Source: Thainema sp. (GTDB lineage: Bacteria > Cyanobacteriota > Cyanobacteriia > Phormidesmidales > Phormidesmidaceae). From it: a stretch of 64,000 bases of DNA. Below, one piece after another: positions 38,709-49,178 of the stretch (its first letter is position 1; each line of letters starts with the position of its first letter). The notes below the pieces were generated by a model, which saw only the letters and a list, made by a program, of their open reading frames with translations, was not told where the DNA came from and searched no databases. Both the position numbers and the translations under genes were made by a program. Location: NCBI GenBank assembly GCA_052168235.1, contig JBQLZK010000006.1, positions 64,001 through 128,000 of the forward strand, written 5' to 3'.

Positions 38709-40829
38709 ATGCAGGCAAATTTGCCGAAGTTTTTTCCGCTTCCCTGGTGGACTCAAGCGCTAGCGTTCAGTTTAGTTTTATCCCTGGGTCAGTCAACTGC
38801 GATCGCAACTGAACCCGCCGCTTCAACTCAGACAGATGCCGCTAATATCGAGGCATTGAAGCCAATTCAGCCGATTGATGCCCCAGTTAATTCTCTCGTT
38901 GAGGCAGAGGCGATAGTGGCAGATGACGCCACCGTTTCGACCGTGAATTCGACCGTGAATTCGGCGGGCGCTGCGCTATCTGATGTGTCTGATGTATCCA
39001 GCTCCGATGTATTCAACCTAGATGTGCTCAGCCCAGACACAGAGGCCAACACGGATATATCGAATGTGGAAACCGCGCCGATCAACGCATCGGTAAATTC
39101 TGCAAATACAGTAGGTGGAGACGGATTAGACGCAGTTCCCTCAATTGATTTAGCTGAATTAGAGCCAGAAGCTCTAGACTCCATGGAGTTTGACGCGACG
39201 CAAATCCAGCAGGGGGAGGAGGTACTGCTGGAGCCAATGGGGATTGGTCTAGCCGGATCAATGAATCAGGTGACATCGGTTTCCCAGCTATCTGACGTTC
39301 AGCCGACCGACTGGGCGTTTCAGGCGCTGCAATCTTTGGTGGAACGCTACGGCTGTATTGCAGGCTATCCCGACGGTACATTTCGCGGTAATCGTTCCCT
39401 GACCCGCTACGAGTTTGCCGCAGGCTTGAATGCTTGCTTAGATCGGGTTCTGGAAATTGCGGGCCTAGGGGGCTTAACAGAAGAGGATCTCGCTACTATT
39501 CGTCAGCTTCAGGATGAGTTTGCTGCCGAGCTAGTTGAAGTACGGGGTCGGGTGGATGCGCTAGAAAGCCGCGTTATTTTCCTGGAAGACAATCAGTTTT
39601 CAACCACGACTAAGCTAAATGGCTTGACCTTTTTTCATGTCAATGGGGCCTGGGCTGACGGCGACGTTTTAGCGGAAGGAACGAGTGTCTTCACACCCGC
39701 TCGTGATCCACTCACAGGGGAGCCAGTCACACGTCTGATTACAGATGATCCGGAGATTATCTTCAACCATTTGGTCTGGCTGAATCTGAATACCTCATTT
39801 ACCGGGCGCGATCTGCTCAATCTACAGTTGGCTGTCGGTGGCGGTGTCGCACCCGCCAACACCTTTGCTTCGGCGGGTTTATTTAATACCTTTGGCGTAC
39901 CGTTTACGCTGCAAGACAGCGGCGATCAGGTCATCCTACGGGAAGCGTTCTACTCATTCCCGGTTACCAGTGATATCCAGCTAACGGTTGGCCCCCGCAT
40001 CAACTGGTATCGCCATTTCGACAACAACCGTTTCACCTTCTTCCTCACGGGTGCCAATAGCTTCAACTCCAGCGGTGGCTCTTTGGTGAACACTGTAGAC
40101 CGAGGCGCAGGTGCCGTTTTAGAGTGGCTGATTAACGACAATTTTGAGCTGACGCTGGGCTACCTGGGTGAAAGCACCGAATTTCTATCCGCCCCGCTAT
40201 TTAATACCGCCAATGATCCCGGTGAAGGCTTGTTTGGCGGGACGTATACCATCACTGCAGAACTGGATTTCTCGATTGGTGACTTTACCCTGCGCGGCAT
40301 GTATACGCGATCGCGGATGAATGCCGTTAACGGCTTCGTCGGTGGTTCTCTGGGTGAGCCGATTTATGGCTTCATCGACGATGGCTTTGGTGGCCCTGTT
40401 CATGATGCCTATGCCAATACGTTCTTGGTCAACTTCGACTGGCTAGTCACGGACTGGGTGGGACTCTTTGGCCGCTACACCTATGGCGAGATTGATGTAA
40501 ATCCCGTCATCGTCAGCCCACTGCGCCCCGATGGCATCGTATCTGGCCAATCTGTCCAACTCGGCGTTGCCTTCCCGGATCTATTCAGGGAAGGAGCCCT
40601 GATGACATTTTCTTACCTGAAGCCGTTTGCCACTCTGGAAGGCCGCAACTACCTGGTCTCCGGTGGTGGTGATGGCGGAGTTCAATATGAATTTGAACTG
40701 TCCTACTTCTATCCGCTGACCAGCAACATTAGTTTGATTCCGTCCTTTTATGCGATCGCAAATCCCAACAACTTCGACGACAACCCGACTATTTTTGTAG
40801 GCAACTTACAAACCCAGTTCCGGTTCTAA
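38709..40829 (+). CDS. Cyanobacterial outer-membrane porin (SLH plus OprB-like barrel)
   Basis: QVTSVSQLSDVQPTDWAFQALQSLVERYGCIAGYPDGTFRGNR.LTRYEFAAGLNACL, QFSTTTKL, and a C-terminal Phe. Confidence 0.95.
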   Translation: MQANLPKFFPLPWWTQALAFSLVLSLGQSTAIATEPAASTQTDAANIEALKPIQPIDAPVNSLVEAEAIVADDATVSTVNSTVNSAGAALSDVSDVSSSDVFNLDVLSPDTEANTDISNVETAPINASVNSANTVGGDGLDAVPSIDLAELEPEALDSMEFDATQIQQGEEVLLEPMGIGLAGSMNQVTSVSQLSDVQPTDWAFQALQSLVERYGCIAGYPDGTFRGNRSLTRYEFAAGLNACLDRVLEIAGLGGLTEEDLATIRQLQDEFAAELVEVRGRVDALESRVIFLEDNQFSTTTKLNGLTFFHVNGAWADGDVLAEGTSVFTPARDPLTGEPVTRLITDDPEIIFNHLVWLNLNTSFTGRDLLNLQLAVGGGVAPANTFASAGLFNTFGVPFTLQDSGDQVILREAFYSFPVTSDIQLTVGPRINWYRHFDNNRFTFFLTGANSFNSSGGSLVNTVDRGAGAVLEWLINDNFELTLGYLGESTEFLSAPLFNTANDPGEGLFGGTYTITAELDFSIGDFTLRGMYTRSRMNAVNGFVGGSLGEPIYGFIDDGFGGPVHDAYANTFLVNFDWLVTDWVGLFGRYTYGEIDVNPVIVSPLRPDGIVSGQSVQLGVAFPDLFREGALMTFSYLKPFATLEGRNYLVSGGGDGGVQYEFELSYFYPLTSNISLIPSFYAIANPNNFDDNPTIFVGNLQTQFRF

Positions 40830-40860
40830 AAGTCTATATCAGTAGAATTAACAAACATTT

Positions 40861-40902
40861 GACCGCGTAAGGGAGCATCGCATCCTTACGCGGTCTTATT
40901 TT
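40861..40902 (+). terminator. Intrinsic terminator after the porin gene
   Basis: GACCGCGTAAGG / CCTTACGCGGTC 12-bp stem followed by TTATTTT. Confidence 0.7.
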
Positions 40903-40964
40903 GAAAGCAACATGCTGAGGAGTCAGCGTCAGTAGACTTTATTGGAAATAAAGTTTTTGAGGTT

Positions 40965-41011
40965 GGAAATTGTTTTGTAGCGCGACTCAGCCGCGCTACA
41001 AAACAATTTCC
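40965..41011. repeat. Long palindrome (20-bp perfect outer arms) centred on CTCAG
   Basis: GGAAATTGTTTTGTAGCGCG-ACTCAGC-CGCGCTACAAAACAATTTCC. Confidence 0.9.
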
Positions 41012-41254
41012 GATAAGGTCTAGTAGGTAGAAGGCTGTAAAGACTCAGCACCTACCACCCAAAACCTAAAACCTAGAACCCAGTACCCCTCCCTCCAGAC
41101 CCCAATTTCTAACGCTAGGAGAGGGCTGTGCTCAATCGTCGGTTGGATGATTCTGCAACATATTCCTATCACCATAGAGGTGTTTAGAAATTATTAACCC
41201 TAAGTACAGAACTAAGTACAGAGCTGCTTAAATCCCGAATTATCCTCAAAGCCC

Positions 41255-42235
41255 ATGTCTCAGTCTCAACATCTCCAACCCCAACATCATCTCCGCTCCG
41301 CTCGACCCGAGCCTTCCGCTCAAGCGGTAGCCACAACCTGCGCAATTGAACCCCAGTCATCCAAACTGGCTCGTCCCCTACAGCGCTGGATGATGGCAAC
41401 AGCAGCGGCCTTTGGTTTGATGAGTAGCACAGTGGCTGCACCCGCAGCAGCCGTGACGCTACAAGAAGCGACGTTAGCACCTGCTGCTCATCCGGTACTG
41501 GGCTTTAGTCTGGGCGATCTGATTATCAATACCATTCGCTATATCCAGGTTTCTAATATTTCGGATGAGCAAGAGGTCAGAATTGGTTCGCAAATTAATG
41601 AGCTGTTGCTAGAGCAGCAGTATCAGCCATACGAAAATCCGCAGGTGAATCAGTACGTGCAGCAAATAGGTGAGCGGCTTGTGGCTCAAAGCGATCGCCG
41701 CGATATTCCCTATCGGTTTCAAGTTGTGGAAAGCGACCAAGTTAATGCCTTTGCGATTCCAGGTGGCTACATTTATGTCACCACTGGGCTGTTAAGAACC
41801 GCAGAGAATGAAGCTCAGCTTGCGTCCGTTTTGGCACACGAAATTGCCCACGTGAATGAGCGCCATAGTGTTGAACAGCTCAAGCGCCAGGTGCTGGCTC
41901 AGGGCATTGCCGATACGGCTGGCATTGATTCCAGTACATTGGCTCAAATCGGCTATCAGCTTGCGGTTGAACTGCCCTACACGCGCGAGTTTGAATATGA
42001 AGCGGATGAAGTAGGCCTCGACATTCTGCAAGCCAGTGATTATGCCCCGATTGCGGCCATTAACTTCTTTGAGAATTTGATGGAGCAGGACGGCACGCCA
42101 GAGTTTTTGCGAACGCATCCAACCACTGAAAACCGAATTGAGGCGCTACGAGAGCAAATCGATTCAGAAACTGCATCCACTGGTGCGGGATTGAGTGCGA
42201 CTAACTACCAATCTCAGATTGCGCCACTTATCTAA
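41255..42235 (+). CDS. M48 family metallopeptidase
   Basis: NAFAIPGG, LAHEIAH (HExxH), EYEAD and FLRTHP motifs. Confidence 0.92.
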   Translation: MSQSQHLQPQHHLRSARPEPSAQAVATTCAIEPQSSKLARPLQRWMMATAAAFGLMSSTVAAPAAAVTLQEATLAPAAHPVLGFSLGDLIINTIRYIQVSNISDEQEVRIGSQINELLLEQQYQPYENPQVNQYVQQIGERLVAQSDRRDIPYRFQVVESDQVNAFAIPGGYIYVTTGLLRTAENEAQLASVLAHEIAHVNERHSVEQLKRQVLAQGIADTAGIDSSTLAQIGYQLAVELPYTREFEYEADEVGLDILQASDYAPIAAINFFENLMEQDGTPEFLRTHPTTENRIEALREQIDSETASTGAGLSATNYQSQIAPLI

Positions 42236-42352
42236 CAGTTCCTTTCCCAAATACCTCCTACAATGAAAGGCGAAATGCTGCTAAAAGTGCGATCGCACAT
42301 TCTCGCCATCCAGACGTATCGAGACCGATAGAAAGTTCTGATTTTTAACTCT

Positions 42353-42757
42353 ATGAATCCAGATACTATCACCCAGTTTTTCCAGAAAGGGGTTCACGTT
42401 ACCCTCGGAGCAACAACCGCCTTGGTTGAGTCACTGCAAGATGCTCAAAAGCGCGATGAGAATATGTCAAAGCTCTCATCTGACTTTGACGGCCTAGTTG
42501 AAGATCTCGCTGTAAAAGGCGAAATCACCGAGCAAGAAGCGCGCAGAATGGTGGAATCGATGTTTGCCCAAGTGAATGGCTCCATGTCTAACAGCACGGC
42601 AGCTTCTGGCACACCACCCAACCCAATTGTCAATACAACTGCAACCGTTGTTCCTGATCCCGCCGTACAAGCCGATTTGCAGGAACTCACGGCTCAAATT
42701 GCTGCCATGCGAGCCGAAATTGAACGATTAAAGAATGAAGGCTCTGCCGATATGTAA
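42353..42757 (+). CDS. Hypothetical coiled-coil (phasin-like) protein
   Basis: QKGVHVTLGA...LAVKGEITEQEARRMV...LQELTAQIAAMRAEIERL. Confidence 0.75.
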   Translation: MNPDTITQFFQKGVHVTLGATTALVESLQDAQKRDENMSKLSSDFDGLVEDLAVKGEITEQEARRMVESMFAQVNGSMSNSTAASGTPPNPIVNTTATVVPDPAVQADLQELTAQIAAMRAEIERLKNEGSADM

Positions 42758-42781
42758 GATCAAGTCCGTGTATGAGAACTC

Positions 42782-42832
42782 AATTTATTTTTGTGAAAGC
42801 TTGGCTAAGCCAAGCTTTCACAAAAATAAATT
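42782..42832. repeat. Perfect 51-bp palindrome (25-bp arms) centred on GCTAAGC
   Basis: AATTTATTTTTGTGAAAGCTTGGCT-A-AGCCAAGCTTTCACAAAAATAAATT. Confidence 0.95.
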
Positions 42833-42870
42833 ACTGGGTTTTGACCGAGCTTCGTATAATTTGTTCCATC

Positions 42871-42911
42871 AACGCAAAGAAGAGGACACCAAGTGTCCTC
42901 TTCTTTGCGTT
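42871..42911. repeat. Perfect 19-bp-arm hairpin with CAA loop
   Basis: AACGCAAAGAAGAGGACAC-CAA-GTGTCCTCTTCTTTGCGTT between convergent genes; may act as a terminator. Confidence 0.9.
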
Positions 42912-42944
42912 AGCGATTTTTACAATTGATTTCGGAAGGCTTGT

Positions 42945-45479
42945 TTACGCTACTCGGCCTTCTTCGACCCCTTGTTCCTGGTCAATAAACTCCTGAACCC
43001 GAGCACGATATTCCCGCAAATTTGTATCCATCCATTCCACATCCTCGCTGTTGGAATAGATATGCACCAGCGGTTCGCCCGCATCCGGCAGAATTAGCAC
43101 CCAGCTATCATCGTATGGATTGACGATCTTCACTCCGTCAATGAGTTCCAGATTCTCCGCTGGATGAGTTTCAACCAAGTGACGCATCAGTGCCCCCTTT
43201 ACCGTCCAAGGACAGCGTACCGTTTGCGTCCGGTGGCATACACCCGGCAGATCTTGCCGAATTTGGGCTAGGGAGCGATTCTGCACCGACAGCATCTCAA
43301 TTAGCTTGGCGATGCAGAACATGGCATCAAAACCGGGATGAAGCTGCGGGAAGATAAAGCCCATGTCGCCGCTGCCGCCTAGTACAACATTGGCACTGGT
43401 ATGGCACGCTTCCATGAGCGCCGTGGGATTGGCCTTGGTGCGAATCACGCGACCATCATGACGACGAGCAATCTGTTCAACCGAACTGGAGGTGTATACG
43501 GGCACCACAATCGTGCTGCGGGGATGAGCCGTCAGAATCATATGGGTCATCAGTGCCGTCAGCGCTTCACCCCGAATTTGGCTACCCGCTTCGTCCACGA
43601 GGATAAGCTGTTCACCATTGGCTGAAACCTGGACGCCAAACGTCGCCTTTAGCGCCTCAACGACATGGCCGAGTTGAGTGAGCAACTCTTCGCGATCCTC
43701 ATTTGTCGGTGCCGTTTGGCTCAGACTCGCGTTGAGCACAACGGCGTCACAGCCAAATTTTCCTAACAACTGCGGCAGAATTGCGCCCGATACCGCATAG
43801 GCGTAGTCAATCACGACCTTGGAGTTACTATCCCGCACTGCATTGACCGTTAGATGCCCCTCGAATGCCGTGCTGTATTTGTCAATAATTTGGCTGGGAT
43901 AGATCACATTGCCGATTTCTTCGATTTGGGCACGGCGCAGATCTTCTTTAAAGTACGCCCCTTCAATCTTTTTCTCTTTGCCCTTCGAGAGATTAATCCC
44001 TTTACTATCAAAAAATTCGATCAAGAGCTGATCCGGGCGATCGGGATGAATGCGGACATGTACGCCACCTTCCACATTGGTCATGGTCGGCACAACCGTC
44101 CGCGCGGCAGGAATAGCCGTAGCTTCTAAATTTTGCACATGAATGCCAACAGACATTAAGCCGGAAATTAGCGATCGCGAAACCATGCGCGAAATACTGC
44201 GCTGGTCGCGGGAAACCGTTACGCTGGTTCCTGGCTTTAGGGTTGAACCATAGGCCGCACCCAGCTTGACCGCGAATTCTGGCGTGATGTCAATGTTAGC
44301 AAGACCCACAACACCTCGCTGACTGAACAAGTTGCGCTTGGCCGTGTTGCCCCAAATTAAATTGATATTGAGGGTGGCACCCGACTCAATCTTTTTGCTC
44401 GGCCATACACGAACACCCGGACTAATCTGGGCTTCTTCTCCCACGGTTGAGAGGGAACCAATCACTGCTCCTTCAAGAATGTGAGCACGCCGATCGACGC
44501 GGGTACCGCGAGAAATCACACAGGCGCGCAGATGAGTTTCTTCCCCGATAATTGCGCCATTCCAAATAATCGGACGCTTCAAATCGGCATCGTTGCCAAT
44601 CGTGGCATTGTCGCCAATCACCGTGCCAGCTTCTAGGCGGACACGGGGGCCAATGCGGCAGTTGCTGCCCACTAAAACAGGCGGTTCGACTTCAGCCGTC
44701 GGATCAATATAAGTGTTCTCGCCCACCCAAATACTAGGAGACTGCTCCTCATAGGCAAAGTCTACTTTTACCTTACGATGCAGGGCATCATACTGAGCTT
44801 CCCGATAAGCATCCAAGTGACCGACATCGCACCAGTAGCCCTCGGCGATGTAGCCAAACATGGGTTCCCCTTTTGCCAGCAGGGTGGGGAATAAATCTTT
44901 TGAAAAATCAGATTCTTGGTTATCCGGCAGATAGTCTAATACTTCTGGCTCTAGAATATAGGCTCCGGTATTGACCGTATCGGAGAAGATTTCGCTGGTG
45001 GAGGGTTTCTCCAAAAAGCGGCGAATACGGTTTTCCTCATCTGTGATCACGACGCCAAATTCGATGGGATTAGGCACCCGCTTGAGGATGAGCGTCGCCT
45101 TTGAGCCTTTCTCCTTGTGGAATCGAATTGCCTGAGTGAGATCAAAGTCCGTAATACTATCGCCGCTGATGACTAAGAACGTATCATCTAGCAGTTCTGC
45201 AATGTTTTTGACGCAGCCAGCCGTACCAAGGGGCTGATCTTCCTCAACCGCATAGGTCATCTGCACGCCAAAATCGCTGCCGTCTTGGAAATAATCCCGC
45301 ATGACATCGGGCAGGTAGTATAGCGTTGCGATGATTTCGTTGATGCCGTGTCGCTTGAGCAAATTAACAATATGCTCTGCGATCGGGCGATTGAGAATCG
45401 GCACCATTGGCTTAGGTAGGTCGCAGGTCAGCGGTCTTAGCCGTGTTCCAGACCCTCCCGCCATTAGAACTGCTCTCAT
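42945..45479 (-). CDS. Mannose-1-phosphate guanylyltransferase with hexapeptide repeats and a phosphomannomutase-like C-terminal region
   Basis: [31 protein letters not shown], left-handed beta-helix repeats and a PGM/PMM-like C-terminal half. Confidence 0.92.
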   Translation of the reverse strand: MRAVLMAGGSGTRLRPLTCDLPKPMVPILNRPIAEHIVNLLKRHGINEIIATLYYLPDVMRDYFQDGSDFGVQMTYAVEEDQPLGTAGCVKNIAELLDDTFLVISGDSITDFDLTQAIRFHKEKGSKATLILKRVPNPIEFGVVITDEENRIRRFLEKPSTSEIFSDTVNTGAYILEPEVLDYLPDNQESDFSKDLFPTLLAKGEPMFGYIAEGYWCDVGHLDAYREAQYDALHRKVKVDFAYEEQSPSIWVGENTYIDPTAEVEPPVLVGSNCRIGPRVRLEAGTVIGDNATIGNDADLKRPIIWNGAIIGEETHLRACVISRGTRVDRRAHILEGAVIGSLSTVGEEAQISPGVRVWPSKKIESGATLNINLIWGNTAKRNLFSQRGVVGLANIDITPEFAVKLGAAYGSTLKPGTSVTVSRDQRSISRMVSRSLISGLMSVGIHVQNLEATAIPAARTVVPTMTNVEGGVHVRIHPDRPDQLLIEFFDSKGINLSKGKEKKIEGAYFKEDLRRAQIEEIGNVIYPSQIIDKYSTAFEGHLTVNAVRDSNSKVVIDYAYAVSGAILPQLLGKFGCDAVVLNASLSQTAPTNEDREELLTQLGHVVEALKATFGVQVSANGEQLILVDEAGSQIRGEALTALMTHMILTAHPRSTIVVPVYTSSSVEQIARRHDGRVIRTKANPTALMEACHTSANVVLGGSGDMGFIFPQLHPGFDAMFCIAKLIEMLSVQNRSLAQIRQDLPGVCHRTQTVRCPWTVKGALMRHLVETHPAENLELIDGVKIVNPYDDSWVLILPDAGEPLVHIYSNSEDVEWMDTNLREYRARVQEFIDQEQGVEEGRVA

Positions 45480-45797
45480 ACATCCTCCTTAGTGGTTACG
45501 GTCTTACTGCACCATTGAAACTGGTTCGGATCAGCGCGATTGCTTGTGAATCGGGGTTTATCCATCAAACAAGTCATGCTTAGGGTCAACCCTGACATTC
45601 TAAAGTACCTAAATAATAGTCATTGCTGGAACCAGACTCTAGTCATGATGTGGGCAAGGGATGAGATCATGCCAGAGTGATGATATAAATGATGGGGTCT
45701 TTGTCCATCCCCTAATATGGCGAAGTTGCTGTTGTAACATGGGGTTGAGTCCGTCTTTGCGTTTACTGCCTTAGAGTTTTGGGTTGACTTGACATTC

Positions 45798-46418
45798 ATG
45801 AAATTGGTTTTTGCTTCCTTGGCCCACTCCGTTGCCTCATGTTTCGATTTAGTGTTGTCCTATCGACGCCGAGTGACGATGATTTGCCTGAGTCTGCTGC
45901 TGATTCTTTTCAGTGCTGGCTGGCATCCTGTGCCTGCTCTGGCTGGCCTGAATGACGATAACTACGATGGCAATATTTATCCGCTGTATGCCGGCAATGG
46001 CGCGCTTGTGCCTCCCCGCGTCACGCTAGAATCCTCCATTAAACAAGGCAGACCTGCTGTTGTAGTGTTTTATGTGGACGATAGCAAAGACTGCAAGCAG
46101 TTTTCCACTGTTGTTTCGCAGCTAGAAGGGTTCTATGGACGAGCGGCTAATTTTATTCCTGTGATTGCCGATGCTGTTCCCGCAAAATCCAGCTACGACA
46201 AGACAGAACCAGGTTATTACTACAAGGGCATGGTGCCGCATACCCTTGTTTTTGATCAGTCCGGGGATGTGGTTTTCAATGAAATTGGCAATATTGCGTT
46301 TGAACCGATTGATGATGTGATGCGAGAAGTGTTTAACCTACTGCCGCGTGCTGAATCCGTTGAACTCAAGCGTCGCCCGGTGAATGAAGTGAATACCGAG
46401 TTGGTGCCTGACAATTAA
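45798..46418 (+). CDS. Thioredoxin-like thylakoid protein (photosystem I accumulation factor family)
   Basis: DDNYDGNIYPLYAGNGALVPP...FYVDDSKDCKQF...LKRRPVNEVNTEL. Confidence 0.75.
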   Translation: MKLVFASLAHSVASCFDLVLSYRRRVTMICLSLLLILFSAGWHPVPALAGLNDDNYDGNIYPLYAGNGALVPPRVTLESSIKQGRPAVVVFYVDDSKDCKQFSTVVSQLEGFYGRAANFIPVIADAVPAKSSYDKTEPGYYYKGMVPHTLVFDQSGDVVFNEIGNIAFEPIDDVMREVFNLLPRAESVELKRRPVNEVNTELVPDN

Positions 46419-46481
46419 TCTTGTCGATCAATACAGAACAGACGGCAATCCTCCCTGACCATTTAGTTAAGAAAAGCGCAG

Positions 46482-46518
46482 AATAGAGAGTAATGAACCC
46501 AGTTCATTACTCTCTATT
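46482..46518. repeat. Perfect 17-bp-arm hairpin with CCA loop
   Basis: AATAGAGAGTAATGAAC-CCA-GTTCATTACTCTCTATT followed by a T-rich tract; possible terminator. Confidence 0.88.
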
Positions 46519-46586
46519 TGTTTTTGAAATATTTTTGCGCTGTTTGGGCGCTGCAGATCTGGCGCTGCATATTTAAACCCCAACAG

Positions 46587-46633
46587 GGTTGAAAAGTAGA
46601 GTTTTCCCTTAGGGAAAACTCTACTTTTCAACC
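46587..46633. repeat. Perfect 47-bp palindrome (23-bp arms) centred on CCTTAGG
   Basis: GGTTGAAAAGTAGAGTTTTCCCT-T-AGGGAAAACTCTACTTTTCAACC. Confidence 0.95.
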
Positions 46634-46663
46634 TGGATTTGGTTTAGTACTAAAGTCATTCTG

Positions 46664-47329
46664 ATGCTTATGCAAGTACTGCTCATTCATGGTCTTGCCC
46701 GTACATCTTTATCCTTACTGAATCTTGAAGCACGGCTGCGGCAGGCAGGTTACCAGACCCAGCACTTTAGCTACTTCGCGTTTTTAGATTCATTTGATGC
46801 GATCGCAACTCGACTCCAGCAGCGATTACATGCGATCGCAGCACAAGGCCCATATAGTATCGTGGCCCATTCATTAGGCGGCATTCTCAGCCGCGCTGCA
46901 CTGGGCTCAAGCGGTGTTCCTCAGCCAGAGCATGTGGTAATGTTAGGCCCGCCAAACCAGTTGCCGCGCTTGGCTCCTATGGCTTGGTATTTACCTCCAT
47001 TTCGCTGGTACACCGGACAATGCGGCTTTAATTTAAGCTGCCCAGAGTTCTATAAAGCTCTACCGGGTCTACAAAGCCCTTACACCATTGTGGCGGGTAC
47101 GAATGGCCCGCGCGGGTTACTCAGCCCCTTTGGGGATGAAGTGAATGATGGCATTGTCGCGCTCAGCGAAACCCGCTTGTCGCCCCATGACCGCATCGTG
47201 CATCTGCCGGTTTGGCATACGTTTATGATGAATCACTCAGCTGTGCAAGATCAGGTGGTGCTGGCATTGAGAAACAGTTCAGCTTTGGGCAATGCCGCCA
47301 GCACTTTAGCGGCGACGACGATAGATTAG
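46664..47329 (+). CDS. Alpha/beta hydrolase (esterase/lipase family)
   Basis: LIHGL, AHSLGG nucleophile elbow, NDGIV and HTFMM motifs. Confidence 0.85.
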   Translation: MLMQVLLIHGLARTSLSLLNLEARLRQAGYQTQHFSYFAFLDSFDAIATRLQQRLHAIAAQGPYSIVAHSLGGILSRAALGSSGVPQPEHVVMLGPPNQLPRLAPMAWYLPPFRWYTGQCGFNLSCPEFYKALPGLQSPYTIVAGTNGPRGLLSPFGDEVNDGIVALSETRLSPHDRIVHLPVWHTFMMNHSAVQDQVVLALRNSSALGNAASTLAATTID

Positions 47330-47739
47330 GCCCCAGCAAATTGAGTTTGGTCTTTTATGCTTCAACAAGTAATTGACCTCCGTCTTTTGAGACGCATGTA
47401 GTTTGAGTATGCCGCTCAAAAGAAATTTTAAGAAATATGAATTAATTGCTTTTCACAATTTAATTGGATCGCATTCATTGGTGAATTAACCGCAAGCAAT
47501 ATTGAGTTTTTTGGGCAAGAAATCATTTTTAGCCAATTTTTTCTTCATTAATCCGCCAAAAGCTCTATAGATGAAAAATCTAGCTGTCGTTTGGGTTTAA
47601 GTCCATAAGTTGATTGACAAATTATTGATTGAGATGTGGTAAGTGGGAACATTAACTGTGATTTCCATCTGTGTTGATTTCTGCCCAAGAATAAAAACGC
47701 AGAGCGTTATCCGTCAATTACCTATTCTCAAAGATCCGC

Positions 47740-49092
47740 ATGCTAGAACTCTTCAATGCTGTTTTTAGTCCCGATCAGTACATGCCGCATGGAATGTGTT
47801 ACTTGTGGCAACCAGCTCTCGTTACGCTGCATGTTATTGCCAACCTTCTGATTGCTGCCGCCTATTTTTCGATTCCGGTAATGCTCATTTATTTCGTTTC
47901 AAAACGAAAAGATGTGGCATTTGGTGGCGTTTTTCTGCTGTTTGGTGCGTTTATCATTGCCTGCGGTATTGGGCACTTGATGGATATCTGGACGCTGTGG
48001 CACCCGGCTTATTGGCTAGCGGGTGTGATTCGGGCGGCCACTGCGGCAGTATCGGTGTATACAGCGGTGCAGCTCGTGAATCTGATTCCACAAGCATTAT
48101 CGTTGCCGAGTCCGGCCCAGCTAGAAGCGGCTAATTTAGAACTCGCGACGACACTGAATCAGCTAAAGGCAACCCAAACCCAGCTTGTGCAGAACGAAAA
48201 GATGTCAAGCTTAGGCCAAATGGTGGCAGGAATTGCCCATGAAATTAATAATCCGGTCAATTTTATTCACGGCAATATCAGCTATGTGGAAGAGTATGCT
48301 AGGGATTTGCTCGATATTCTGCGGCTCTATCGAACTGCTTATCCTCAACCTGCGCCTGAGATTACAGATGCGATCGCAGAACGCGACCTAGAGTTCATTG
48401 AAGAAGATATGCCGAAAATGCTGGCATCTATGCGGATGGGTACGGAGCGGATCTGCAAAATTGTCCAATCGCTACGGAACTTCTCGCGCATGGATGACGA
48501 ACTGAAGGCGGTGAATATTCACGAGGGATTAGAGAGTACGCTGATGATTTTGCGGAATCGCCTCAAAGCAAAATCGGATCGGCCTGAAATTAAAATAGTC
48601 AAGTCCTACGATACGCTGCCCTTGGTGGAATGCCATGTGGGTCAGCTCAATCAGGTGTTTATGAATATTCTCACCAATGCCGTTGACGCTTTGGAAGAGC
48701 AGATGGATCGTACATCTTCCAAGGATGAACTGGCTCACGCTGAAACCGCCTGTATTACGATTGTGACTCGGGTGGAAGGGGCACAGGCTGTGATTGAAAT
48801 TCAGGATAACGGGCCAGGCATGACGCCTGAAACGCAGCGCAAGCTGTTCGATCCGTTTTTCACTACGAAGGAAATTGGTAAAGGAACGGGGTTGGGACTG
48901 GCAATTAGCCACCAGATTATGACCGAACGACATGATGGTCAGCTACTGTGCGTATCGGAACTGGGTAAGGGGACGTCGTTTATCATTCAGCTCCCAATCC
49001 AGGTGCATCATGCTTCGGTTCCGAATGCGGTTCAGACAATGTCGCCGAAGTCTGCGACTCCAGCCTATGCTGCTTGTCCAATTCGGGTTTAG
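47740..49092 (+). CDS. Sensor histidine kinase with an ethylene-receptor-like N-terminal membrane domain
   Basis: PHGMCYLW, IAAAYFSIP, FIIACGIGHL and ALSLPSP; H-box AHEINNP, N-box, DNGPG, FDPFFTTK and GTGLGL. Confidence 0.9.
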   Translation: MLELFNAVFSPDQYMPHGMCYLWQPALVTLHVIANLLIAAAYFSIPVMLIYFVSKRKDVAFGGVFLLFGAFIIACGIGHLMDIWTLWHPAYWLAGVIRAATAAVSVYTAVQLVNLIPQALSLPSPAQLEAANLELATTLNQLKATQTQLVQNEKMSSLGQMVAGIAHEINNPVNFIHGNISYVEEYARDLLDILRLYRTAYPQPAPEITDAIAERDLEFIEEDMPKMLASMRMGTERICKIVQSLRNFSRMDDELKAVNIHEGLESTLMILRNRLKAKSDRPEIKIVKSYDTLPLVECHVGQLNQVFMNILTNAVDALEEQMDRTSSKDELAHAETACITIVTRVEGAQAVIEIQDNGPGMTPETQRKLFDPFFTTKEIGKGTGLGLAISHQIMTERHDGQLLCVSELGKGTSFIIQLPIQVHHASVPNAVQTMSPKSATPAYAACPIRV

Positions 49093-49129
49093 CTGCATCG
49101 TCGTAAAGCGCCTAATATAAAGCGCCCAA

Positions 49130-49144
49130 TATAGGATTGCTATA
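49130..49144. promoter_or_regulatory. Candidate LysR-type recognition site
   Basis: TATAG-GATTG-CTATA dyad containing T-N11-A, about 35 bp upstream of the LysR gene. Confidence 0.35.
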
Positions 49145-49178
49145 GTGATTAGAACAATGGCACCTTTCGGCTAATTCG

